Assembly: GCA_963663995.1 (NCBI GenBank)
Contig: OY760660.1
Span: 450,001-482,000, forward strand
Direction of reading: 5' to 3'
Source: Erysipelotrichaceae bacterium
Lineage (GTDB): Bacteria > Bacillota_I > Bacilli_A > Erysipelotrichales > Erysipelotrichaceae
Length of the DNA: 32,000 bases
Positions 1 through 8,861 of this stretch are shown here, one piece after another. Both the position numbers and the translations under genes were made by a program. The notes beneath the pieces are model-generated. The model was not told the DNA's origin. It made no database searches and was given only the letters and a program-made list of their open reading frames with translations. Positions within the stretch are counted from its first letter, which is position 1; each line of letters starts with the position of its first letter.

Positions 1-575
1 ATGACTTTATTGAGAAAATAAAAGAAGATCCTGATTTTGCTGAAAAATTTGGTGATTTAGGTCCAGTTTATGGAAAACAATGGCGTGATTTTAATGGGGT
101 TGATCAATTAGAAGAGCTCATTCAAGGATTGAAGAAAAATCCTTTTTCTAGACGCCATATTATCAATGCCTGGAATCCAGCTGATTTGGATAAAATGGCT
201 TTACCACCATGTCATATGATGATGCAATTTTATGTCTCATCTGATCAAAAGAAATTATCATGTCAGCTCTATCAAAGATCAGCAGATGTCTTTTTAGGAG
301 TCCCATTTAACATTGCTTCATACGCATTATTTACCCATATGATTGCCCAAGCTGTTGGCTTAGAAGCAGGGGAGTTTATTCATACTTTAGGAGATGCTCA
401 TATTTATAACGATCATCTTGAACAAGTGAATATTCAAAAAAATCGTGAGCCAATGAAATTATGTCAATTAAAACTAAATCCAAATATTCACTCAATTTAT
501 GACTTTAAATATGAAGATATTGAATGTATTGATTATATTTCTCATCCTGCCATTAAAGGTAAGGTATCTGTTTAG
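1..575 (+). CDS. thyA: Thymidylate synthase ThyA, 5'-truncated by the window edge (in frame from nt 3)
   Basis: Frame 3 is open from the window edge: [30 protein letters not shown].... It has the hallmark ThyA blocks [43 protein letters not shown] and GDAHIYNDH. The TTG at 129 in the ORF track is internal, not the real start. Confidence 0.95.
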   Translation, partial: DFIEKIKEDPDFAEKFGDLGPVYGKQWRDFNGVDQLEELIQGLKKNPFSRRHIINAWNPADLDKMALPPCHMMMQFYVSSDQKKLSCQLYQRSADVFLGVPFNIASYALFTHMIAQAVGLEAGEFIHTLGDAHIYNDHLEQVNIQKNREPMKLCQLKLNPNIHSIYDFKYEDIECIDYISHPAIKGKVSV

Positions 576-1039
576 TGTTACATATGATTGTAGCGATGGA
601 TGCCAACCGCGGAATTGGTTTAAATGAAAAGATGCCCTGGCACATTGCTGAAGAAATGAAAATATTCAAAACAACAACGATGAACCATTCTTTGCTTTTT
701 GGACGTAAAACCATAGAAGGGATGGTTGGACTATTAAAAAATCGTAAACATTATGTAAGCACTAAAAATAGTTTCTATCAACGTGATGGGGTTGAGGTCG
801 TCACTGATTTAGAGACATTCTTAAAGAAACACCAAAATAGTGATGAAATAATTTTTGTGAGTGGGGGAGCAAGTATTTATCAGCAAGCTTTTCCTTATAT
901 AACAGATGCTTATATTTCTATTTTAAAAAATGTTTATCAATGTGATACTTTCTTACCTGAATTTGATTTTAGTGCTTTTGAATTACTTGAAAAAAAAGAA
1001 TATGATGCGTTTACGCATTATCATTATAGAAGAGGTTAG
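575..1039 (+). CDS. folA: Dihydrofolate reductase
   Basis: (M)LHMIVAMDANRGIGLNEKMPWHI...FGRKT is the DHFR N-terminal signature. The GTG at 575 overlaps the thyA stop by 1 nt, and the N-terminus then has the same length as B. subtilis DfrA (MISFIFAMD). An alternative ATG lies at 584. thyA-folA adjacency is classical. Confidence 0.9.
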   Translation: MLHMIVAMDANRGIGLNEKMPWHIAEEMKIFKTTTMNHSLLFGRKTIEGMVGLLKNRKHYVSTKNSFYQRDGVEVVTDLETFLKKHQNSDEIIFVSGGASIYQQAFPYITDAYISILKNVYQCDTFLPEFDFSAFELLEKKEYDAFTHYHYRRG

Positions 1040-1042
1040 CAA

Positions 1043-1690
1043 ATGCAAGCATTCATATTATTTATCATGATGATCTTTGTATATCCGGTTGTGTTCTTTT
1101 CATCTCTACATCTAATTAAAGCTAACTATGATTTGAAATATACACTTTTTCAAATTTGGTCTCGTTTCTTTTTGAAAAGAGCGAGTGCTAAAGTCGAATG
1201 TAAGCGATCAGACTTAATCCCATTAGAAAATGATTATGTTTTTATTGTTCATCATGAAAGTACACTTGATGTTTGTGCTTTAGCTGAAGCATTACCAGTT
1301 CGTACACATTTTATTTTAGATAAAACGGAAAAAGTTCCATACTTGAATAACTATTTAAAGCGCTTAAAAAGTATGAGAATAGATTATAGTGCTTCAAATT
1401 GTCATATTTATAGTGAACAATTTGAAAATGATTTAAATGAGTCATCAGTCACAGTATTTGTGAATAATTTAAAAAATCAAATCTTACCGATCGATTTTTA
1501 TGATTGTGCAAAATCTCAAAAATGGACACTCATTCCAGTTATGATTCATAATTCTAAAAACTTAATGAAAAAAGGTCGGCATCATAAAATTGAAGTAGAA
1601 ATTAAAGTTCCTCTCTACTTTGAAGAATACGGAAAGTCTTCAACAGAAGCTATACAAAAGCTTATATTAGAAAGACTTCAAGAACTTTAG
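1043..1690 (+). CDS. Membrane-anchored PlsC/YpkP-like acyltransferase-family protein (divergent)
   Basis: N-terminal hydrophobic helix (MQAFILFIMMIFVYPVVFFSSL). An HX4D acyltransferase block is present (FIVHHESTLDV). I found no clear FPEGT(R) block. SD GAGGT lies upstream. Its position after thyA-folA matches B. subtilis ypkP, from memory. Confidence 0.55.
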   Translation: MQAFILFIMMIFVYPVVFFSSLHLIKANYDLKYTLFQIWSRFFLKRASAKVECKRSDLIPLENDYVFIVHHESTLDVCALAEALPVRTHFILDKTEKVPYLNNYLKRLKSMRIDYSASNCHIYSEQFENDLNESSVTVFVNNLKNQILPIDFYDCAKSQKWTLIPVMIHNSKNLMKKGRHHKIEVEIKVPLYFEEYGKSSTEAIQKLILERLQEL

Positions 1691-1710
1691 TTTGGTATAA
1701 TAGGGAAGCT

Positions 1711-2454
1711 ATGCAAGAATTCAGTGTAAATTTAGAACAATTTGAAGGTCCAATGGATTTGATGTTGCACCTGATATCAACCAAGAAACTTGATCTATTT
1801 GATTTAAAAATAGATATTTTAGTTGACCAATATATTGCTTATATCGAAGCTGTTGAGGATAAACTTTCGATTGCCAGTGAATACTTAGCTGAACTTGCTA
1901 ATTTAGTGGAATATAAATCGAAGAAACTTTTACCAAAAGAAGTGGATCCTTTAGCAGCTGATGAATATGAAGAAGATCCTAAAGAATCACTGATTCGAAG
2001 AATTTTAGAATATCAACGTTTTAAAGAGATTTCTCAAGTCTTAAACGAACGATATGAAGAACGTTCCAGACAATTAGAAAAACCATTAGAAAAATCTGTT
2101 TTTGAGAATAATCATCAAAATCCATACTCAAGCCTTGAAGGTGACCCTCAAGATCTCATTAAAGCAATGCAAAGAATTATGCAACGCTTTAATATTGTAC
2201 ATCCTCATCAAGTTAGAGTTGAACGTGCAGAAATATCAATTGATCAAAGAACAGAAATATTACTATTACATATATCCACTTTAAAGGATCCATTTACATT
2301 TGAAGATTTGGTCCAAGATTGTAATCATATACATCTATTAATTGTCACTTTCTTAAGTATTTTAGAAATGACACGTAATAATCAAATTGCTTTTGAAGTC
2401 AGTGATGACGATATTTGGTTTAGAAAAGGTAAGAACTATGGATTTGACGCTTAG
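1711..2454 (+). CDS. scpA: Segregation and condensation protein A (kleisin)
   Basis: The N-terminus LEQFEGPMDLMLHLISTKKLDLFDLKI is the typical ScpA motif (FEGPLDLLLHLI). It is followed by scpB with an overlap. Confidence 0.9.
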   Translation: MQEFSVNLEQFEGPMDLMLHLISTKKLDLFDLKIDILVDQYIAYIEAVEDKLSIASEYLAELANLVEYKSKKLLPKEVDPLAADEYEEDPKESLIRRILEYQRFKEISQVLNERYEERSRQLEKPLEKSVFENNHQNPYSSLEGDPQDLIKAMQRIMQRFNIVHPHQVRVERAEISIDQRTEILLLHISTLKDPFTFEDLVQDCNHIHLLIVTFLSILEMTRNNQIAFEVSDDDIWFRKGKNYGFDA

Positions 2455-2983
2455 AGCTTTAATTGAAGGGATTTTGTTTGTGTTTGGAGAAGAAGGAGTT
2501 AGTTTAGACCAACTTTCTGAAGCTTTAGCCATCGAACCTAATCACATTCAATCAATCTTAAAAGAAATGCAAGATAATTATCTGTCTGATGATTATGGTT
2601 TTGAACTTGTTATCATCCAAGATCGTTATAAATTGATTTCAAAGGCAGCTGTTCATGATAGTGTTCAAAGAATTCTCTCTTTAGCAAAATCAAAGCAACT
2701 CTCACAATCCGCTTTAGAAACATTAGCAATTATTGCTTATCGTCAACCTATTACACGTACATCTATTGAAGAAATTCGAGGTGTAGGTTGTGAATTGATG
2801 CTGAAGAAATTACAAGCTATGGATTTAATAAGCGAAGCTGGTCGTGCTGAATTACCAGGTCGTCCAATTTTATATGAAGTGACTCCGTCTTTCTTAGATT
2901 TATTTAAATTGATGGACTTAGAACAACTTCCAAACCTCCCTGATTTCCAAGATGAAAGTACGGAATCTCAGTTGTTTGAATAA
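2438..2983 (+). CDS. scpB: Segregation and condensation protein B
   Basis: LIEGILFVFGEEGVSLDQL...LSQSALETLAIIAYRQPITRTSIEEIRGV are ScpB winged-helix blocks. I prefer the ATG at 2438 (17-nt overlap with scpA, purine-rich AAAAGG upstream) over the track start at 2387. Confidence 0.9.
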   Translation: MDLTLRALIEGILFVFGEEGVSLDQLSEALAIEPNHIQSILKEMQDNYLSDDYGFELVIIQDRYKLISKAAVHDSVQRILSLAKSKQLSQSALETLAIIAYRQPITRTSIEEIRGVGCELMLKKLQAMDLISEAGRAELPGRPILYEVTPSFLDLFKLMDLEQLPNLPDFQDESTESQLFE

Positions 2984-3714
2984 TGGAAAGACTACAGAAA
3001 GTATTAGCGAAAGCTGGCGTAGCTTCACGTCGTAAAGCAGAAGAATATATCGCTCAAGGACGCGTCAAAGTCGATGATGAAGTCATAACTCAAATGGGTT
3101 TTATTGTGAAAAAGGGTAGTGTTGTTAAATTTGATAATGAAGTTGTTGCGGGTGAAAATAAAGTTTATTACGTTTTATATAAACCACGTAAGGTATTATC
3201 TACGGTGACTGATCCTCGTGGTCGACAAACGGTTTTAGACTTAGTTCATGTCAATGAAAGAATTTATCCAGTTGGACGTTTAGATTATGATACCAGTGGT
3301 TTATTGATATTAACCAATGATGGAGAATTTAGTAATCTATTAACTCATCCTCGATATCACTTAGAAAAAAGATATGAAGTAAGTATTAATGGAACGCTTA
3401 ATCAAGATCAATTAGATCAAATTAAAGCAGGGATGACATTAGAGGATGGTACACAGCTTCAAAGTGTTGATATTAGCCTTAAGCGAATTAATCCTAATAC
3501 GAACACATCTGAGTGGTTTTTAACGCTTAGAGAGGGTAAAAATAGGCAAATAAGACGAATGATGGAGACATTTGGCTTTGAAGTCAAACGTTTGCATCGT
3601 TATCAAATGGCATTTTTAGATTTAAATGGTATTAAGTTAGGTACGTATCGTAGATTAAAACCTTTTGAAGTTAAACGTTTAGTAGAACTTGCCAAAAATG
3701 GGAAAGATCTATAA
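2983..3714 (+). CDS. rluB: 23S rRNA pseudouridine synthase, RsuA/RluB family
   Basis: N-terminal S4 domain (RLQKVLAKAGVASRRKAEEYIAQGRVKV) and catalytic block GRLDYDTSGLLILTNDG. The start overlaps the scpB stop (TAATG). Confidence 0.85.
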   Translation: MERLQKVLAKAGVASRRKAEEYIAQGRVKVDDEVITQMGFIVKKGSVVKFDNEVVAGENKVYYVLYKPRKVLSTVTDPRGRQTVLDLVHVNERIYPVGRLDYDTSGLLILTNDGEFSNLLTHPRYHLEKRYEVSINGTLNQDQLDQIKAGMTLEDGTQLQSVDISLKRINPNTNTSEWFLTLREGKNRQIRRMMETFGFEVKRLHRYQMAFLDLNGIKLGTYRRLKPFEVKRLVELAKNGKDL

Positions 3715-4427
3715 TGCAAAGATTTTTTATTGATTCAGAGATTCATTTAAATAGCTTAATTAAATTAAGTGCGGAAATAGAACATCAGTGTAAACGTGTT
3801 TTGCGCTATCAAGAAGATCAAGAAGTAGAGTTAGTTGATCTTCTACAAAACTGTGTGATTGCAAGCTTACACTTTAAAGAAGATGGACTATATGCACAGA
3901 TAGAAAAAATACTAGATATTAAAGAATCAGGTATTAAAATCGTCTTAATCCAAGCGCTTATCAAAAAGGATAAGTGGGAATTTGTTTTACAAAAAGCAAC
4001 TGAGTTAGGTGTAAGTGAAATTGTGCCTCTCATGACACATCGTACTGTCGTTAAATGGACTGAAAAAGAGTTGAATCATAAACTTAATCGTGATGGAAAG
4101 ATTATTAAAGAGGCAGCTGAGCAAAGTGAAAGACTATCAATTCCTAAACTCTATCCACCCGTTAAAATTTCAGACTTAAAAGATTACTTACAAGATGCAA
4201 ATTTTGTGGCTTATGAAAATGAAAACAAAGTTCAATTGAAGCATAGTCTTTCTCCCCAAAAATCTTATAGTGTTGTCATTGGACCAGAAGGTGGCTTTAC
4301 CCATGAAGAAATCCATTCTTTAAATGACTTAGGTTTTAAATCCGTTGGTTTAGGACCACGAATTTTACGAGCGGAGACAGCCAGTTTAGTAGCGATTAAT
4401 ACAATTCAAAACATTATTGAACCATGA
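3714..4427 (+). CDS. rsmE: 16S rRNA (uracil1498-N3)-methyltransferase
   Basis: MQRFFI start, SPOUT C-terminal block VVIGPEGGFTHEEI...LGPRILRAETA, and TAATG coupling to rluB. Confidence 0.9.
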   Translation: MQRFFIDSEIHLNSLIKLSAEIEHQCKRVLRYQEDQEVELVDLLQNCVIASLHFKEDGLYAQIEKILDIKESGIKIVLIQALIKKDKWEFVLQKATELGVSEIVPLMTHRTVVKWTEKELNHKLNRDGKIIKEAAEQSERLSIPKLYPPVKISDLKDYLQDANFVAYENENKVQLKHSLSPQKSYSVVIGPEGGFTHEEIHSLNDLGFKSVGLGPRILRAETASLVAINTIQNIIEP

Positions 4428-5191
4428 ATAAAACATTAAAAATATTAAATAAAACTAACAAGATCAATCTCAATCAACGATTGATTAAATCACAAATACA
4501 TGAAGTTAAGAATAGCTTTAAGCCTTTTAATATTGAAATAAAGGTAAAAACAGAACAAGATTATTTTGAAGCACTGATTCAACTTGTTGGATTAAAAAAT
4601 AAACAAACTTTTGAGAAATGTTTTGAAACAGAACGTCACGATCTATTAGATATTTGGGATAATTTATCTTATCAAGAACGAAACAAACTCATTTTATTAA
4701 AATTAGATGTCATAAAAGAAAGTTGCCAATATTTTAAAACGGATGAAAATAAAGTCATTTGGATTCCTTTTTTTGATAGCTTGTTAAATGGTTTATATCA
4801 TAATGACATTGCGATTTTAGAATTACCTCAATACTTTAAGCTTTATAAAGATTTCAAAGATCGTCGTATTAGTATTCGTGATTATGTTTTTTTACCATAT
4901 ACAAGTCATTTTATTGATACAAATATCATTCAAGAAAAAGCTGATCGAATTTATTTCTATTCACCAATATTCGCCTCAATATTTGAATTAACTAATGAAT
5001 TTAAATGTACTAGAATCCCTTTAGATAAAGATGCATGTAAAGTCATGCCATTTAAAAAAGACTTATTAGCTCTTGTTAATGCTTATCAAAGTGAAGATCT
5101 TAAAACATTTTTAACAACATGCATAGATTCGACATTAATTTCAGATAAATCTAAAAAAGTTTTTCAAAAGAGATTAGGTAAAATGAAATGA
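4424..5191 (+). CDS. Hypothetical protein, 255 aa, with no family I can recognise
   Basis: Long open frame in an AT-rich background. ATGA start/stop overlaps join it to both rsmE (4424-4427) and mtaB (5188-5191). There is no predicted TM segment and no known motif. The N-terminus is Lys/Asn-rich. Confidence 0.6.
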   Translation: MNKTLKILNKTNKINLNQRLIKSQIHEVKNSFKPFNIEIKVKTEQDYFEALIQLVGLKNKQTFEKCFETERHDLLDIWDNLSYQERNKLILLKLDVIKESCQYFKTDENKVIWIPFFDSLLNGLYHNDIAILELPQYFKLYKDFKDRRISIRDYVFLPYTSHFIDTNIIQEKADRIYFYSPIFASIFELTNEFKCTRIPLDKDACKVMPFKKDLLALVNAYQSEDLKTFLTTCIDSTLISDKSKKVFQKRLGKMK

Positions 5192-6453
5192 AAACATTTA
5201 GTATTTATACACTTGGTTGTAAAGTTAATGTTTACGAAAGTGAGTTTTATCGTCAATCTATGATTGATCAAGGTTTCTTAGAAGTTTTACCCAAAGAACC
5301 TAGTGATATTGTCATTATCAATACCTGTACTGTCACCAACTCAGCCAGTTTTAAAAGTCGTCAAAAAATACATCAAGCAAAACGTTTAAATCCAAATGCG
5401 TTTGTAGTGGTGGTTGGTTGTTATGTTCAAGTGGCACATGAAACTCTTAAAGAAAAATATGATATTGATTTATTAGTCGGGGCAAGTCACAAAAAAGAAC
5501 TCGTCCATTTAATAACTGAAAAGATTAAACAAGTTGATTATAAATATCCGAGTGGTTTTGAAGCAATGAAGATTAATGCTTTTTCACATCAAAAACGAGC
5601 TTATGTCAAAATCCAAGATGGCTGTAATCAGTTTTGTTCATACTGCATAATTCCATTTGCTAGAGGACGAGAAAGATCACTACCTTTTGAAGAAGTCATT
5701 CAACAAGTTAAACAATTTAAAGATCACCACGAAATCGTTTTAACTGGTATTCATACTGGACGATATGGTTTAGACATTAATCATTCTTTATCAGAGTTAA
5801 TAAAAACGATTTTAAGTGAAACAAAAATAGAAAGAATTCGTATTTCTTCTATTGAGATTACTGAAATTGATGATGAACTCATTTATATACTAAAAACTGA
5901 AGATCGTTTAGCAAAACATCTACATATTCCACTTCAATCAGCTCATAATAAACTCTTGAAAGATATGAATCGCCCTTACACCATTGAACAGTTCAAAGAA
6001 CGATGTGATTTTATAAAAGCAGAAATTCCAAGTATTCATCTTTCAACAGATTTTATTGTTGGTTTTCCAGGTGAGAGTGATGAAATATTTGAAGAAGAAT
6101 TAAAAACTGTCGAAAATTTAAATTTAGGATTTTTACATGTCTTTCCTTATTCAGAAAGAGAAAATACAAAGGCGATACAACTTCAAGATAAAGTTCATGG
6201 AAGTATAAAAAAAGAACGGGTAAATCGATTAGTGAATTTAAGTGAAGCGCTACAAGAAAAACATTTAAAAACACTGATTAATCAAGAAGTTCAAGTATTA
6301 TTTGAATCTTTTGAAAATGGATATCTCTTTGGTTATACGAAAAACTATGAACCATTTGTATGTGAAGGCAGTGAAGACTTGATTAATCAATGTCACTTGT
6401 GTACAGTAAATTCAGTACATCAGTTAAGATGCGGTGGTGAAATTTTACAATGA
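5188..6453 (+). CDS. mtaB: tRNA methylthiotransferase, MtaB/MiaB family (radical SAM plus TRAM)
   Basis: N-terminal UPF0004 cysteines (GCKVN, NTCTVT, VGCY), radical-SAM CNQFCSYCIIP, and a position after rsmE like B. subtilis yqeV. Confidence 0.85.
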   Translation: MKTFSIYTLGCKVNVYESEFYRQSMIDQGFLEVLPKEPSDIVIINTCTVTNSASFKSRQKIHQAKRLNPNAFVVVVGCYVQVAHETLKEKYDIDLLVGASHKKELVHLITEKIKQVDYKYPSGFEAMKINAFSHQKRAYVKIQDGCNQFCSYCIIPFARGRERSLPFEEVIQQVKQFKDHHEIVLTGIHTGRYGLDINHSLSELIKTILSETKIERIRISSIEITEIDDELIYILKTEDRLAKHLHIPLQSAHNKLLKDMNRPYTIEQFKERCDFIKAEIPSIHLSTDFIVGFPGESDEIFEEELKTVENLNLGFLHVFPYSERENTKAIQLQDKVHGSIKKERVNRLVNLSEALQEKHLKTLINQEVQVLFESFENGYLFGYTKNYEPFVCEGSEDLINQCHLCTVNSVHQLRCGGEILQ

Positions 6454-7907
6454 AAACTTTAAATCAACTATTCTTAAATACAGCTGAAATTCAAATTGAG
6501 AATCTTATGATAGATTCTCGAAAAAAAGCTAAAAATGCTATTTTTTACTGTATTAAAGGAATTGTTAATGATGGCCATAAATTTATTAATCAAGCGATTG
6601 AACAAGGTGCAATCGTTATCGTTCATTCAGAAGAAGTAAAAGATAAAGTCAAAGATATTATTTATATCAAAGTTGATGATGTTTTAGATGCTTTAAATGA
6701 AAGTGCTAAGATTTTTTATGACGATCCAGCTTCTAAAATGATTATGTTTGGTGTGACTGGTACTAACGGTAAGAGTACAATTGCGAAAACAATCAAAGAA
6801 ATCTACTCAAAATATAAAAAAACTGGTTATAGTGGGACTATTTCTATTGAATATGGACAAAAAGTTGAAAAACCAAACTATACAACACCAGAATCAATTG
6901 AGATGTTAGAACTCTTAAAAAGAATGGTTAATCATAAAATGAAAGCAGCAGCACTGGAAGTATCTTCCCAGGGTCTAGACCAAAAAAGGGCAGATGCAGT
7001 TCATTTTGATGTGGCGATATTTACAAATCTTACCCATGATCATCTTGATTATCATGGAACATTGGAAAACTATTATTTAGCCAAGAAGAAATTATTCTCA
7101 CTCTTAAAAGAAGATGCTGCAAGTATCATCAATATTGATGATGCTTATGGTGAGCGTTTATATAAAGAATTAGACGGTAAAAAATTTAGTTATTCTATTG
7201 AAAAAGAAGCAGATTATCAAGCGATTGATATTGAATACTATGCAACACATACAAACTTTACATTGAAAATAGAGAATGAATCTTATCATTGTCGGACTAA
7301 TTTTGTATCACAATTTAATCTATCTAATTTATTAGCAATTATTGCTGCTTGTCATCAAGCTAAAATGCCATTATCGGATATAATTTCTGAGCTTGATCAT
7401 TTGCCTCAAGTTGATGGAAGAATGAATGTTGTTGATTTACATCAAGGCTTTAATTGTATTGTCGATTATGCACATACCCCTGATGGCTTTGATAAAATTT
7501 ATAAATTTGCTCAAACGATTACACCTTTAAATAAAAAAATTATTACAGTCTTTGGTTCTGCTGGTAAACGTGATTCTAAAAAAAGACCAATATTAGGGTC
7601 GATAAGTGATCAGTATGCAGATATGATTATTCTTACTGAAGAAGATCCACGTAATGAATCAGCTTTAGATATCGCCCATGAAATAGCTTCAGGAATAAAA
7701 GAAACTCCTTATATTATTATTTTGGATCGCTATGATGCGATTTATCAAGCATTAGAGTTAGCTAATTCGAATGATACAGTTCTTGTTTTAGCTAAAGGAA
7801 ATGAACAATACATTGACCGTTTATACGGTAAAGAATATTGGATGTCAGATGTGGCGGCAGTAAGAGAAATCTTAAGCCAAAAAGGAGAAGAGAATGAAAC
7901 TCAATAA
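6450..7907 (+). CDS. murE: UDP-N-acetylmuramoyl-L-alanyl-D-glutamate ligase MurE (residue 3 adding enzyme)
   Basis: The N-terminus IDSRK...FYCIKG, the P-loop GVTGTNGKST, DYAHTPD and EEDPRNE are blocks of the Mur ligase MurE type. Confidence 0.9.
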   Translation: MKTLNQLFLNTAEIQIENLMIDSRKKAKNAIFYCIKGIVNDGHKFINQAIEQGAIVIVHSEEVKDKVKDIIYIKVDDVLDALNESAKIFYDDPASKMIMFGVTGTNGKSTIAKTIKEIYSKYKKTGYSGTISIEYGQKVEKPNYTTPESIEMLELLKRMVNHKMKAAALEVSSQGLDQKRADAVHFDVAIFTNLTHDHLDYHGTLENYYLAKKKLFSLLKEDAASIINIDDAYGERLYKELDGKKFSYSIEKEADYQAIDIEYYATHTNFTLKIENESYHCRTNFVSQFNLSNLLAIIAACHQAKMPLSDIISELDHLPQVDGRMNVVDLHQGFNCIVDYAHTPDGFDKIYKFAQTITPLNKKIITVFGSAGKRDSKKRPILGSISDQYADMIILTEEDPRNESALDIAHEIASGIKETPYIIILDRYDAIYQALELANSNDTVLVLAKGNEQYIDRLYGKEYWMSDVAAVREILSQKGEENETQ

Positions 7908-8556
7908 AACCATCGATCATACATTACTTAAACAGGATTCAACAAGAGATCAAATACTTAAGTTATGTGAGGAAGCTAAAACGTTTGATTTTGCATCAGT
8001 TTGTGTTAACCCAGGTTGGATTAGCACCTGTAAAGAGGCTTTAAATGGCTCAGATGTTATGGTGTGCACCGTTATTGGTTTCCCTCTAGGGGCAACGCTT
8101 ACGCAAGCTAAAGCAGCTGAAACACGCTTAGCCTATGAAGCAGGAGCAGATGAATTTGATATGGTTATCAATATTGGAGCCCTAAAAGATCATAATGATG
8201 CATTAGTGGTTAAAGATATTGAAGCAGTTGTCGAAGCGGCTCAAGGCAAAACAATTAAAGTTATCATTGAAACTTGTTTATTAAGTGAAGAAGAAAAAAT
8301 TCGTGCTTGTGAATGTGTTGTTAAGGCAAAAGCTCATTTTGTAAAAACAAGTACTGGATTCTCAACTTCTGGGGCAACCTTAGAAGATGTTATCTTACTT
8401 AAAAAATCAGTAAATGGTAAAGCAAAAGTCAAAGCAGCTGGTGGAGTTCGCTCAAGTGAGGACCTCGTAAAATTTGTTGAAGCCGGTGCAGATCGCATCG
8501 GTACATCTAGCGGCGTTAAACTTTTACAAGGTTTAGATGCAAACATTTCATATTAA
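7894..8556 (+). CDS. deoC: Deoxyribose-phosphate aldolase
   Basis: IDHTLLK, VCVNP, VIGFPLG, FVKTSTGF (Schiff-base Lys context) and KAAGGVR. SD AAAGGAGAAG upstream. 14-nt overlap with murE. Confidence 0.92.
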   Translation: MKLNKTIDHTLLKQDSTRDQILKLCEEAKTFDFASVCVNPGWISTCKEALNGSDVMVCTVIGFPLGATLTQAKAAETRLAYEAGADEFDMVINIGALKDHNDALVVKDIEAVVEAAQGKTIKVIIETCLLSEEEKIRACECVVKAKAHFVKTSTGFSTSGATLEDVILLKKSVNGKAKVKAAGGVRSSEDLVKFVEAGADRIGTSSGVKLLQGLDANISY

Positions 8557-8557
8557 C

Positions 8558-8585
8558 TTGCATTAAGACGTAAGTTTGTTATAAT
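8558..8585 (+). promoter_or_regulatory. Putative sigma-A promoter for rpsU
   Basis: -35 TTGCAT (8558-8563), 16-nt spacer, extended -10 TGtTATAAT (8577-8585). SD GAGGGGAGG follows at about 8602-8610. Confidence 0.5.
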
Positions 8586-8618
8586 TACAGTGCTCAAGTT
8601 AGAGGGGAGGGTAGAAAA

Positions 8619-8807
8619 ATGCCTAAAGTAGTTTTAAAAGACAACGAAAACTTAGATGACGCACTTCGCCGTTTTAAACGTAGTGTTTCAAGAAATGGGA
8701 CCCTCGCAGAAGCTAAGAAAAGAGAATATTACGTAAAACCTGGAGTTAAGAAAAAACTTAAATCCTTAGCTGCACGTAAAGCTCGTCGTAAAAAAGCAAG
8801 AAGATAA
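8619..8807 (+). CDS. rpsU: 30S ribosomal protein S21
   Basis: [46 protein letters not shown] plus a basic tail is an unmistakable S21. Confidence 0.95.
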   Translation: MPKVVLKDNENLDDALRRFKRSVSRNGTLAEAKKREYYVKPGVKKKLKSLAARKARRKKARR

Positions 8808-8830
8808 GCCATTAACCAATGGCTTTTTTT
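8806..8830 (+). terminator. Rho-independent terminator after rpsU
   Basis: Stem GCCATT/AATGGC (8808-8813 and 8818-8823), loop AACC, then a T7 run (8824-8830). Confidence 0.75.
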
Positions 8831-8861
8831 ATATTTTAAAGCAATATGGATTACAATAGAT

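Noticed and set aside
2387-2437. Long N-terminal extensions implied by the track starts for scpB (2387), dgkA (12016), comGD (28269), the helicase (20854), the Na/Pi transporter (11578), ribU (30324) and dnaG (15881).
   Set aside because: Downstream start codons have proper SD spacing and give N-termini of family-typical length. For the helicase, a promoter-like -35/-10 lies inside the extension. The extensions are Lys-rich or hydrophobic junk overlapping the upstream gene.
3818-4033. Antisense or alternative-frame ORFs of 60-113 aa in the track. They are 2102-2284(+), 3818-4033(-), 6053-6274(-), 8334-8546(-), 9253-9453(-), 9709-10041(+), 10374-10715(+), 11002-11244(+), 11382-11582(+), 13103-13324(-), 15903-16139(+) and 29908-30102(-).
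   Set aside because: Each lies wholly inside a confidently identified gene, on the other strand or in another frame. Their products are low-complexity or Leu/Ser/Phe/Ile-rich, with no SD or motif. They look like chance open frames.
4425-4427. The possibility of UGA=Trp (Mollicutes code 4), given the AT-richness and the single-chain GlyRS.
   Set aside because: rsmE, the orphan ORF, mtaB and cdd all end at TGA exactly where the next gene starts (ATGA or GTGA), and all have family-typical lengths. murE and a PBP gene are present. The standard code fits.
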